IMG/VR virus record: IMGVR_UViG_3300046837_000274
Length of the DNA: 64,000 bases
DNA from: a virus
Direction: 5' to 3' (one strand)
In this document: piece after piece, positions 24,100-31,518 of the stretch
How the letters are laid out: each line of letters opens with the position of its first letter
How positions within the stretch are numbered: position 1 is the stretch's first letter
Made by a program: the position numbers and the translations under genes
The notes under the pieces: model-generated
Told to the model about the DNA's origin: nothing
Databases searched by the model: none
The model's input: only the letters and a program-made list of their open reading frames with translations

Positions 24100-25224
24100 T
24101 CAAAGCCGACTTGCGGTGACGGCGTGATCGGCGCGCACGAAGCCGCGCGTCGCATCGCCGCGCAGGTGCTCAGCGCGCCACCAGCGCTTGCCATCACAGA
24201 TCGAGCAGCGCCAGTGGTTCGCCTCGCCGTCCGGTATCTTGGGAGCGGGTGTCCACTCGTCGTCGCACGTGATCCAGTCATGGATGCAGCCAGCGATGCG
24301 GTGAAAGTCCCGCGCGGTGACGTCGTGGCAATAGTGCCCCTCGACCTCGTGACGGCGGCGCGGAACGCCCTCGCCCGCAGGGGTGCCGATCATGCGCAGC
24401 GTCGGCACTGCATCGATGTCGACCGTGACCGTGGTGTGCGACAGGTAGGGGATCAGCTTTCCCCTGTGCCATCCACGCGCACCGGGCAGCACGTTGCGGT
24501 AGCGGGCGATGGTCGGGCGATTCAACATCAGCAGGATGGCGATCATGTTGCGCAGTTCGCCAGAGCCTCCGCGCATCGCTTTGTCGAGCAGGTTCGGCTC
24601 GCTTACGATCCGGCTTCGAAAAGCCGCTTCTAACGGCAACAGGTCGAGCCGATGGTTATCGCGCAGCACGCGCGCATGCTCCGGCTGAAGTTGGGTAGAC
24701 GTCGCACCCCACAGGTAGTGATCGATTTGCCCGCGCGATGAGCCGACCGCCTGCACGAAGCGAATCTGGTCTTCGACCGGCCAGTCGGTGTGCAGATGAT
24801 ATTGAAACGGCGTCAGGTAGGGGTAGCGCTTGTGCGGCTGACCGACTGTTCCCCCGCTGACGGTGTTCACCCGCCCGTGGTCGAACAGGTAGCCGATGGT
24901 GTGGTCTGACGTCTCGTCCTGCGGCTTCTCGATGACTTGAGGACGTCCATCGGTCAGCACTTGCCAGAAGCGCCAGTGCGGAAACTCGACCCACGTCAGT
25001 TCGAACGGGGCGCGGGCGAAGCGGTGCTCGCGGAGCAGCAATTCAGGCACCCGGCGCACGACGTCGCCGATGCGCGCTGCTGCCTGCTCGTCGAGGACGT
25101 AGCGATGCGCTTGGCGCACGCGCTGCTGGACGCGGACGATGGTGCGCTCGTCGACGATGCGCTTTGATTGCGGATACTTCTCTGCCGTGAAGCGGTCGGC
25201 CAGCGTCGGCTCGCGCTTGTCCAT
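24100..25224 (-). CDS. hypothetical protein with C-terminal Cys/His cluster
   Basis: Start reset to ATG 25224 (shares one base with the upstream stop). 374 aa. The first 222 aa of the track ORF are Arg-rich junk. C-terminal 'HYCHDV...CIHDWITCDDEW...HWRCSICDGKRWW'. Confidence 0.5.
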   Translation of the reverse strand: MDKREPTLADRFTAEKYPQSKRIVDERTIVRVQQRVRQAHRYVLDEQAAARIGDVVRRVPELLLREHRFARAPFELTWVEFPHWRFWQVLTDGRPQVIEKPQDETSDHTIGYLFDHGRVNTVSGGTVGQPHKRYPYLTPFQYHLHTDWPVEDQIRFVQAVGSSRGQIDHYLWGATSTQLQPEHARVLRDNHRLDLLPLEAAFRSRIVSEPNLLDKAMRGGSGELRNMIAILLMLNRPTIARYRNVLPGARGWHRGKLIPYLSHTTVTVDIDAVPTLRMIGTPAGEGVPRRRHEVEGHYCHDVTARDFHRIAGCIHDWITCDDEWTPAPKIPDGEANHWRCSICDGKRWWRAEHLRGDATRGFVRADHAVTASRL

Positions 25225-25586
25225 CACACGCTCGCCCGCAAGTGCGACTTGCGCACCCAGCCCGCCACGTAAGCGTGCTCGACGATGCCGCCGTCGAACT
25301 TGGATCCGATCATCGCTCGGGCCAGCGTGCTCGCATCGGCGAGCGAGGCCGCCGTGCACGTCTTCGTCTCGTGCCGATTGCGGTCGGTGCGGAAGATGAT
25401 GCGAAACTGCCGCGTGCTGCTGCGCTCCCGCTGCGCCTCCAGCTTGGCTGCGGCGAGTTCGCTGAAGCGGTCGAGCGCCGCGCGCATCTCCTTGCTGGGA
25501 GCGGGCTGCGTGCCCGCCCCCCTCGCGAAGAGGTCGAGCAGTTCGTGAAGCTCGGCCTTCGTCCAGATGTGCGCTTGTGCCATCAT
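25224..25586 (-). CDS. hypothetical protein
   Basis: 120-aa ORF in the operon. Confidence 0.45.
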   Translation of the reverse strand: MMAQAHIWTKAELHELLDLFARGAGTQPAPSKEMRAALDRFSELAAAKLEAQRERSSTRQFRIIFRTDRNRHETKTCTAASLADASTLARAMIGSKFDGGIVEHAYVAGWVRKSHLRASV

Positions 25587-25598
25587 CTTCGCTCCCCC

Positions 25599-26045
25599 TC
25601 AGGCGGCCGCGAGGCGCTGCGCGCACTCGGGGCCGATGCCGGTTTCCAGGGACTCTGGGTGGGTCAGGGTGCGGCCGCAGCGCCCGCACTTGCCCGCGTG
25701 CATCACGTTCAGCGACGCGGGGATTTCGGCGCGGCAGCGGTTCCAGAAGAACGCGAATGCCTGCACGCTCGCAGCGTCGAGGCCCGCCTTCGACTTCGCA
25801 GTGAGCGCGAACGCGTCGCTGCGGATCACGCCGATGTAGGAGAACTGACCCTCGTCGGCGCTCCCGTTCGTCAGCAGCGAGACGAACCACAGCGGCTGGA
25901 TTTCTCCGGTCGCGCGATCGACTGCCTGCTTGACGCGGTAGGTGAAGTGCTGGTTCGTGCGCGCCGACTGAAGTGTCAGCACCGCCTTACCCGCGAGGGT
26001 GAAACTGCGCGCTTGCGCGACGTCGCGAATGGGGAGGGACTGCAT
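25599..26045 (-). CDS. DUF6011-like protein
   Basis: Start reset to ATG 26045. 148 aa. C-terminal 'GKCGRCGRTLTHPESLETGIGPECAQR' is the DUF6011-type motif. Confidence 0.55.
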   Translation of the reverse strand: MQSLPIRDVAQARSFTLAGKAVLTLQSARTNQHFTYRVKQAVDRATGEIQPLWFVSLLTNGSADEGQFSYIGVIRSDAFALTAKSKAGLDAASVQAFAFFWNRCRAEIPASLNVMHAGKCGRCGRTLTHPESLETGIGPECAQRLAAA

Positions 26046-26046
26046 C

Positions 26047-26355
26047 TCAAAACCCCCCGTTTTTGATGCGCTCGGCGCGCCAGAAGTGCCCGAGCACGTC
26101 GCTGCGGATCGCGGCGAGGCGAAGCAGGCGGGCGGTGTCATGCTCTTCCGACATGCTGAAGTCAGCGATGCGCGTCGCGCTCTCGATGATCTTCGCGTCC
26201 AGCGCCTTCACGTGACGCTTGGCAGCGTGCGCGTAGGCTTTCGGGTCAGCGTAGATGCCCAGGTTGAAGACGTCGTCGAGGAATTGCGCGACTGCGCCCA
26301 AGCGGATGGCCGGGTCGGCGAGCGTCGCGGAAGTGTCGGAAAAACTCAGTCGCAT
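26047..26355 (-). CDS. hypothetical protein
   Basis: 102-aa ORF. First gene behind promoter-leader cassette copy C. Confidence 0.45.
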   Translation of the reverse strand: MRLSFSDTSATLADPAIRLGAVAQFLDDVFNLGIYADPKAYAHAAKRHVKALDAKIIESATRIADFSMSEEHDTARLLRLAAIRSDVLGHFWRAERIKNGGF

Positions 26356-26431
26356 CGGGTGTCCCCTGATTTAGAACCGGAGCGGCGCTCTCGGTGAAGG
26401 TTCATATAAGAGCCAGCGCTTTGTTTGGCAA
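26355..26431 (-). promoter_or_regulatory. promoter-leader cassette, copy C
   Basis: Minus strand, in order: TTGCCA (26431-26426), 17 nt, TATATG (26408-26403), 8 nt, CCGAGAGCGCCGCTCCGG (26394-26377), 6 nt, ATCAGGGGACACCCGA (26370-26355). The last A of that block is the A of ATG 26355. Confidence 0.55.
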
Positions 26432-26463
26432 CAGCTAACTGCGGCGCACCGCAAGAAAAGCCA

Positions 26464-26787
26464 TCACCCCTCCCAGCCGATAGGCAGGGGGATAGAGGCT
26501 CCCCGCTCGTCCACCGCATAGATCATAGCGGAGCGACCGTGCACGCCGTGGGCCGCGTCGAGGCTGGCCGCAATGGCACGAGCCTCGTCGAGGGTCGATG
26601 CTTCGGCGCGGTAGGTCTCGACCGGCCCCTTGCGGAAGTGCACGCGGAAGCGAGTCGCGCGGCGGATCTTCTCGTGATCGGCGATGTCGGCAGGGTGCAG
26701 CTTGCGCGGCAGCTTCGGCACGAGCGCTTGCGTGGCGGCGTAGGCGGCGCGCTGCTCGATCTGTCGGCGGGTGCGGTCGTCGTTCAT
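26464..26787 (-). CDS. hypothetical protein
   Basis: 107-aa ORF preceded by ATCAGGGGACAGCCCG-ATG, the same Shine-Dalgarno block as the cassettes. Confidence 0.45.
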   Translation of the reverse strand: MNDDRTRRQIEQRAAYAATQALVPKLPRKLHPADIADHEKIRRATRFRVHFRKGPVETYRAEASTLDEARAIAASLDAAHGVHGRSAMIYAVDERGASIPLPIGWEG

Positions 26788-26811
26788 CGGGCTGTCCCCT
26801 GATGGCGCGAA

Positions 26812-26836
26812 GCGCTGGGGTCGAGTGCCCCAGCGC
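26812..26836 (-). terminator. hairpin between 26848..27081 and 26464..26787 (terminator/attenuator candidate)
   Basis: GCGCTGGGG (26812-26820) and CCCCAGCGC (26828-26836): perfect 9-bp stem, 7-nt loop, 12 nt after the upstream stop. No clear U tract. Confidence 0.35.
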
Positions 26837-26847
26837 CCGCCGTTGCG

Positions 26848-27081
26848 TCAGTTCGGAGCGATCATGCCCCGCACGTCGTCGTAGGACTCGGAGACGGCGA
26901 AGCCCCCGCCGTCCGTGAACGTAATGCGCGTCCCCGGACGGTTCTCCTTGCGCGGATAGAAGCAGCGGATCGCGGCCACGTTGACCGTGACGGGCGCAGT
27001 GCGCTCCTGCGGCCCCTCCCCCTCTTCGTTGTCGGTGTAGGGGTCGCGCCCCGTGACCTTGTGCAGTGCGATCATCGTCAT
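26848..27081 (-). CDS. hypothetical protein
   Basis: 77-aa ORF with CAGGAGA Shine-Dalgarno. Confidence 0.45.
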   Translation of the reverse strand: MTMIALHKVTGRDPYTDNEEGEGPQERTAPVTVNVAAIRCFYPRKENRPGTRITFTDGGGFAVSESYDDVRGMIAPN

Positions 27082-27096
27082 GGTGTCAGTCTCCTG

Positions 27097-27639
27097 TTAG
27101 CTGGCGTGATTTCTATTCCGGTCGCCAGCATGTCCGGCATCGCTCGGGCGCTTCGCAAGCTGCGGGCGGCCCGTGCGTCGGTAGCGCGCGCGCTCGACAT
27201 GAGACGGCGCTTTGTCGTCATAAGATTCTGCGACCGCGTCGCGTAGCGCGCGATGCGCCGCTTTCGACAGGCCGAAGTCTTCGTAACCCTGCTTGATCAC
27301 GTTCAGGTAGTAGGCTGACGGCGGGAAGATGCCGGTCGAGTTCATCACGTAAATCAGCATCTCTGACCCGTGCTCTGGAAACGCGTTGATGGGGACATAC
27401 TCTTTGCGATACAGCCCGCCGCGCACCCCTTCGTAGAGGTCGAGTTCCTTTTCGCACTCGGACGTGATCGCCCAGATACCGCCGTGGCAGACTGCGCCCG
27501 CTTCGGCGATGCAGTCGGCGACGCCCCGGAACACGAGACGACGTCCGCGCAGTTTCATCCGCGCCAGAGGCACTGCGTTCGGGCAACGCCGCTCCATCTG
27601 CTCCATGTTCAAGTTGGAGCCGTAAGCAAACATCAGCAT
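27097..27639 (-). CDS. gamma-glutamylcyclotransferase (GGCT/AIG2-like) family protein
   Basis: 180 aa. 'MLMFAYGSNLNMEQMERRCP', 'GGIWAI', and 'LDLYEGVRGGLYRKEYV' (candidate catalytic Glu context). Basic C-tail. Confidence 0.7.
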   Translation of the reverse strand: MLMFAYGSNLNMEQMERRCPNAVPLARMKLRGRRLVFRGVADCIAEAGAVCHGGIWAITSECEKELDLYEGVRGGLYRKEYVPINAFPEHGSEMLIYVMNSTGIFPPSAYYLNVIKQGYEDFGLSKAAHRALRDAVAESYDDKAPSHVERARYRRTGRPQLAKRPSDAGHAGDRNRNHAS

Positions 27640-27640
27640 G

Positions 27641-27877
27641 TCAGGATCCCTTGTACTCGACGCCCATGGCAGTCATGCCGAGAGCGAGTGCGGAACAGGC
27701 GAGGCCGATATACTTCGGCACGTCGTGCTGGCTGTTCTCCCAGCGCGTCCACGCGCCCCGCGAGCAGCCGAGCGCTTTGCATGCGTCGCGCTGCGAGTAG
27801 CCCATGCGCTCGCGCCACGCAGCCAGCGTCGCCCCCGCGAGGGGGCTTGCGCTGTTCGTCTCGATCTTGTTGGCCAT
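27641..27877 (-). CDS. XRE-family HTH regulator
   Basis: Start reset to ATG 27877 behind AGGAGA with a 7-nt spacer. 'LAAWRERMGYSQRDACKALGCSRGAWTRWENSQHDVP'. Confidence 0.65.
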   Translation of the reverse strand: MANKIETNSASPLAGATLAAWRERMGYSQRDACKALGCSRGAWTRWENSQHDVPKYIGLACSALALGMTAMGVEYKGS

Positions 27878-27903
27878 GATGCAGTCTCCTGTGGTTGCAG
27901 TGA

Positions 27904-28917
27904 TCACGCTGCCCACGCGACCGGCGCGGACAGCGCCGACGTGCGAGCGCGGAAGTAAGCGATTTCGGCGGCTTCGGCTTCGATGGTTGTCATCAGCGCG
28001 GAGAACGTCGACGGGGTCGCGTCGACGACGGACCCGCCCTGCGCGAAGTAACGAGCGTTGCGGCCCTGACGAACGACCGTCAGACGCAGGCCAGTCGCCT
28101 TCTCCAACTGCGACACTGTCAGCGAACCCCAGCCCGTCGCCGCCTTGACTTCGCTCCCGCTGACGCCCTCGGGGCGCATCGCCAGATCGCCGACGATCCG
28201 GCTCTTCGTTCCGTGACGCGCCCGGTTGATCTGTGCTTGCACTGTCGAGATTGACTTCCCGGCGCGAGCAGCGGCGACCATCCGGAGGCAGAACTTGGCC
28301 CAGGCGACGGCTTTGCTGCCCTCAAGGGTGCCCGAGTGCTGACGAAATTCAACCGTCTGATAGCGGCGGTAGGACGTCAGGTTCAGCTTGTGATAACGCG
28401 CGTCCATCGCGCCCGCCGGGAGCGTGCGAATGACTGAGTCAAGATCGGTCGCGACATTGATCGCGGCGACGTTCGCCGACGTGACTGAGCGGCAGTAGGC
28501 GTTGGCGCTCGCGCGGCGCGACGGCGGCATGAAGCAGTCGATGACCGGCTCGAAGTGTGCGTAAAGCTTCAGCAGGTTCTTGAAAAAGTCGATCGGGGCG
28601 TTCGCAGCGCCGACGTGCACGTGAAGCCCGCACTTCTTGCTGACGGTGCACCCGAAGTCGGTCAGCGCTTCCATCACGAGCACGACAGCGTCGAGGCCCG
28701 CTTGCCCGGTGAGGATCGGAGACACCACTTCGATGCCCCGGCGAACGTCACCCAGCGACCCGTCAGTTACGATCTTCCAGTGCGGGCGCGTGCCGTGATT
28801 GTAGCTTTCGGCGAGGCAGTAGATGCCGCGAGCGAGGATCGCTTGCGCAGCTTGTGAAGCCGTCGCCCCCTCGGGCAGGTAGCACTCAATTTCAATTCCG
28901 AAAGTCGCGTTCAACAT
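27904..28917 (-). CDS. amidoligase (Amidoligase_2, GS/GCS2-like) fused to a DUF3489-like winged-helix tail
   Basis: 337 aa. 'FGIEIECYLP', 'WKIVTDGSL', 'GIEVVSPIL', 'CGLHVHVG', 'QTVEFRQHSGT'. C-terminal 'LAMRPEGVSGSEVKAATGWGSLTVSQLEKATGLRLTVVRQGRNARYF'. Confidence 0.7.
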   Translation of the reverse strand: MLNATFGIEIECYLPEGATASQAAQAILARGIYCLAESYNHGTRPHWKIVTDGSLGDVRRGIEVVSPILTGQAGLDAVVLVMEALTDFGCTVSKKCGLHVHVGAANAPIDFFKNLLKLYAHFEPVIDCFMPPSRRASANAYCRSVTSANVAAINVATDLDSVIRTLPAGAMDARYHKLNLTSYRRYQTVEFRQHSGTLEGSKAVAWAKFCLRMVAAARAGKSISTVQAQINRARHGTKSRIVGDLAMRPEGVSGSEVKAATGWGSLTVSQLEKATGLRLTVVRQGRNARYFAQGGSVVDATPSTFSALMTTIEAEAAEIAYFRARTSALSAPVAWAA

Positions 28918-28965
28918 CGGGTCTGTCCCTCGTTTCGCGTCGGGGTCTATCCCCGGCGTCTGGCA

Positions 28966-28995
28966 TCAATATGAGCCAACCTGTCGGCGATGCAA
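28966..28995 (-). promoter_or_regulatory. sigma70-like promoter candidate for the amidoligase operon
   Basis: Minus strand TTGCAT (28995-28990), 18 nt, TATTGA (28971-28966). Shine-Dalgarno GAGGGACAGACCCG-ATG at 28917. Confidence 0.35.
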
Positions 28996-29023
28996 GAGAG
29001 AAAATGCGGCTGCCGAAACTTTT

Positions 29024-29269
29024 TTAGCGGTGGCGCTCGGGCATAGGGGGCGGGGGATTGGCGCGACGGAACGCGGCGAGACGAGCGACCCAAGCCGCGA
29101 CCGGCTCCGGCGGGACTGTGCTGCCGCTGAACCAGCGGCGCGTTGCCCGGTCGGTCGGCAAGCCCAACTCGATGGCAAGCCATTCCGCGTTCCAGCCGAG
29201 CGCCAGCACGTCCTGAATGAACTGCCGGACGTCCGTGCTGGGCTGCTCGATGTGGGCCGCGTCGCTCAT
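29024..29269 (-). CDS. small HTH-like regulator (Cro/YdaS-like candidate)
   Basis: 81 aa. 'LAIELGLPTDRATRRWFSGSTVPPEPVAAWVARL'. First leftward gene beside the divergent control region. Confidence 0.45.
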   Translation of the reverse strand: MSDAAHIEQPSTDVRQFIQDVLALGWNAEWLAIELGLPTDRATRRWFSGSTVPPEPVAAWVARLAAFRRANPPPPMPERHR

Positions 29270-29322
29270 GGCTTCAGCACGTAGCTACTGGCGCGGCGCT
29301 CAGCAAGCGCTCGGCAGTTCAA

Positions 29323-29352
29323 ATCGGACACCGGTTGTCCGATCTGTCCGAT
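29323..29352. promoter_or_regulatory. operator-like repeats ATCGGACA / TGTCCGAT
   Basis: An 8-bp perfect inverted repeat, ATCGGACA (29323-29330) and TGTCCGAT (29336-29343), separated by 5 nt. A third TGTCCGAT lies at 29345-29352, 54-83 nt upstream of ATG 29269. Confidence 0.45.
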
Positions 29353-29802
29353 TTGCCGATTTGACGGATTCGTGGGTCACGTCTCCACACGTCTCCGCTC
29401 CCGAGCGAAAGCGAGGCGCGGCCTCGCCGCGTAAGAAGAGGTAGTACGCGCGCACGTGAAGCGCGCTGCCTACGGGCAGGGCGCAAAAATCGACATCACG
29501 GCTGGGAGCGTCTGCCGGAGAGCCATTTTCGAGGCCGGATCCGCGTTGGCCCGAAGCTTGCCCGACGGTATGCGCTGGGCGCATGCGAATCCGGTTCTCA
29601 GTCAAATTATTTTTGAGAACCGGCCTACAGACCGCCCACGGGGGAGCCTGCATGCTCATAGCGGAGAGGGGGGCAAATCCTTCCTACCCCGCTCCTACGG
29701 CTCCTACCTGTGCCCAGCTTTTTCTCGCCCCCCGCCTGTCCACCGCCCGTCATGTGTGGGCTAGATAGCTGGGGTGATTGCCAGAATTCTGGCCAACGCC
29801 GC

Positions 29803-29882
29803 TGGACAGGCCGTTCTGACGCGCTTACGTATGCCTCTGCCGAGAGCGCCGCTCCGGGACGCAAACAATCAGGGGTCACCCG
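29803..29882 (+). promoter_or_regulatory. promoter-leader cassette, copy A
   Basis: In order: TGGACA (29803-29808), 17 nt, TACGTA (29826-29831), 8 nt, CCGAGAGCGCCGCTCCGG (29840-29857), 10 nt, ATCAGGGGTCACCCG (29868-29882), then ATG 29883. Confidence 0.5.
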
Positions 29883-30065
29883 ATGAAAAACTTCTCCTCC
29901 TCCACCCTCCGCACTCTGGCCCGCAAGGGCATCACGATCCTTCACCCGGTCGCCATCCCCGGCGCGGGCGACATGCCCTTCGCCAACGTCGACCTCGGCT
30001 ATGCCGTAGACGACAACGGCACCCACCGCATCTGGACATTCGCCCAGGTGCGGGAGGCCGCGTGA
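29883..30065 (+). CDS. hypothetical protein
   Basis: 60-aa ORF, first gene of the rightward operon. Confidence 0.45.
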   Translation: MKNFSSSTLRTLARKGITILHPVAIPGAGDMPFANVDLGYAVDDNGTHRIWTFAQVREAA

Positions 30066-30259
30066 TGCTGTCGCTCGTGCGCGAGCGCCGCCAAGCGCTC
30101 CCCTTCCCCACGCTCGCCGAGACGCATGACGCCATCTTTGACTATCGCGGCGAGGGCCACTGGGACGACAGGTTCTCGATCCGGCAGTATCCGAACGGCT
30201 TCTACGTGCTCGTGCTGGAAGCTGACGGGCAGCGCTACCTGACGCGGGGGGCCGCGTGA
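30065..30259 (+). CDS. hypothetical protein
   Basis: 64 aa from ATG 30065 (TGATG overlap). 'MLSLVRERRQALPFPTLAETHDAIFDYRGEGHW'. Confidence 0.4.
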   Translation: MLSLVRERRQALPFPTLAETHDAIFDYRGEGHWDDRFSIRQYPNGFYVLVLEADGQRYLTRGAA

Positions 30260-30537
30260 TGCTGACCACAGCCGCCTTCACGTGGGACGCCCGCACGCGC
30301 CGCTTCATCGGCGAAATGAGCGACATCCCGAGCGAGCACTACACGCACCTGACGGGCGGGAAGACCGGCCTGACGATCGTATCCACGCGCACGTGCCTGC
30401 AAGCGACGTTCGTCGAGAGCGAAGCGCTCCGCGACGCTGACGGCGATCTGGTTGCCGTCGTCTTCCGCCCTACCGCGCTGACGCTGCTCGCCCAGCCGAA
30501 GCTGCGCGGGGTCACCGTCCACCTGCTGAACGATTGA
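30256..30537 (+). CDS. hypothetical protein
   Basis: 93-aa ORF with ATGA-type overlap. Confidence 0.45.
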   Translation: MMLTTAAFTWDARTRRFIGEMSDIPSEHYTHLTGGKTGLTIVSTRTCLQATFVESEALRDADGDLVAVVFRPTALTLLAQPKLRGVTVHLLND

Positions 30538-30776
30538 GGATCACCATGAGCCAGCTTGCCCGACTGTCGCCCGTCGCCCAGAAGGCGCGGCGCGAGGCGA
30601 AAGCCGAAGACGTGAAGATCGCGCGCATTTACCGCGCGCACTGCGCGGGGATGCAGATCGAAATGACGCGCATCCCCCTCCTGTTCGTGCTCGCTCGCGC
30701 GGCACTGCATCTCGGCGAGAGCGACGCGGAAGTCGGCGCGCGCATGGTCGACTTCGTGAAAGGAGAGCGCTCGTGA
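30534..30776 (+). CDS. hypothetical protein
   Basis: 80-aa ORF with a 4-nt overlap. Confidence 0.4.
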   Translation: MRITMSQLARLSPVAQKARREAKAEDVKIARIYRAHCAGMQIEMTRIPLLFVLARAALHLGESDAEVGARMVDFVKGERS

Positions 30777-30979
30777 CCAAGAGCGCTCTCTCTGCCAACT
30801 CGGCTATTCGCGCTGCTTACCTCGCTCTGCGCAAGCTTCCGAAAGACGACCTGATCCGCCGCTATCCCACGCGGCTCGACCGGGCGCACCTCCGCGCCGA
30901 GCCGAAGGAGGTTCTGATTTCCGACATACTTGAGGCCGAGTTCGGCCGCCGCGCGCTTGATGCCTGGAACGGCAAGTGA
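30773..30979 (+). CDS. hypothetical protein
   Basis: 68 aa from GTG 30773 (GTGA overlap). The start codon lies in the loop of a 10-bp hairpin. Confidence 0.4.
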   Translation: MTKSALSANSAIRAAYLALRKLPKDDLIRRYPTRLDRAHLRAEPKEVLISDILEAEFGRRALDAWNGK

Positions 30980-31272
30980 GCGTGTTTTTTCTCGTGATCG
31001 AGGCGGCAGACGGCGAGCACATCTTCCGCTACGCGACGGAAGCGGCAGCGCGTTCCGCCTTGACCCGGCAGATCGGCAGGGAGCGGCCGGAGGGCTGGTC
31101 GCTTCGAACGCCGGTCGTCGACGACGCAGGCAGGCGGCTGCACATCGAGGTCTGGCCGGACGGGACGACGCTGCGGGATCGTCGCGACTACGGGGCGGCC
31201 TACGAAGCGCGCGAGTGCGGCACGCTGACCCGCGCGCAGTCGCGCCTGCTGAAGCGGATGGAGGGAGCGTGA
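30976..31272 (+). CDS. hypothetical protein
   Basis: 98-aa ORF with a 4-nt overlap. Confidence 0.45.
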   Translation: MSVFFLVIEAADGEHIFRYATEAAARSALTRQIGRERPEGWSLRTPVVDDAGRRLHIEVWPDGTTLRDRRDYGAAYEARECGTLTRAQSRLLKRMEGA

Positions 31273-31466
31273 TCCCCGGCGTGCTGCTCGTCGGCTCGCC
31301 GCGCTGGTGCAGGGGCTACCGACCCGTGCTGCGCGTCGACGGCAAGATCGTCTGGCGCGGGGAGTTGCTGCGGGGCGAAGGCTCGCGCGCTCGGGCTCTG
31401 GCCGAGGCCGAGCAGGAGTTGCGCCGCGATTGCCGCTTGCGCGTCAGAGGCTTGGCGCGTATATGA
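31269..31466 (+). CDS. hypothetical protein
   Basis: 65 aa from GTG 31269 (GTGA overlap). Confidence 0.35.
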   Translation: MIPGVLLVGSPRWCRGYRPVLRVDGKIVWRGELLRGEGSRARALAEAEQELRRDCRLRVRGLARI

Positions 31467-31518
31467 AGGTCTGCCGAGAGCGCCGCTCCGGTTACGCTTT
31501 GATCAGGGGACACCCGAC
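31437..31518 (+). promoter_or_regulatory. promoter-leader cassette, copy B
   Basis: In order: TTGCGC (31437-31442), 17 nt, TATATG (31460-31465), 8 nt, CCGAGAGCGCCGCTCCGG (31474-31491), 10 nt, ATCAGGGGACACCCGA (31502-31517), C, then ATG 31519. Confidence 0.55.

Noticed and set aside
29591-29623. AT-centred inverted repeat considered as attP core. I also looked for an integrase, a transposase and a tRNA-like att across the whole window.
   Set aside because: No recombinase gene exists anywhere in the window, and no tRNA-like sequence (such as a GGTTCGAATCC-type T-loop) adjoins it. It is kept only as a possibility within the control-region finding.
29300-29659. 119-aa minus-strand ORF inside the divergent control region.
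   Set aside because: It has no SD and an odd composition. It is cut through by several repeat and hairpin elements and would overlap the operators of the adjacent gene. Treated as non-coding.
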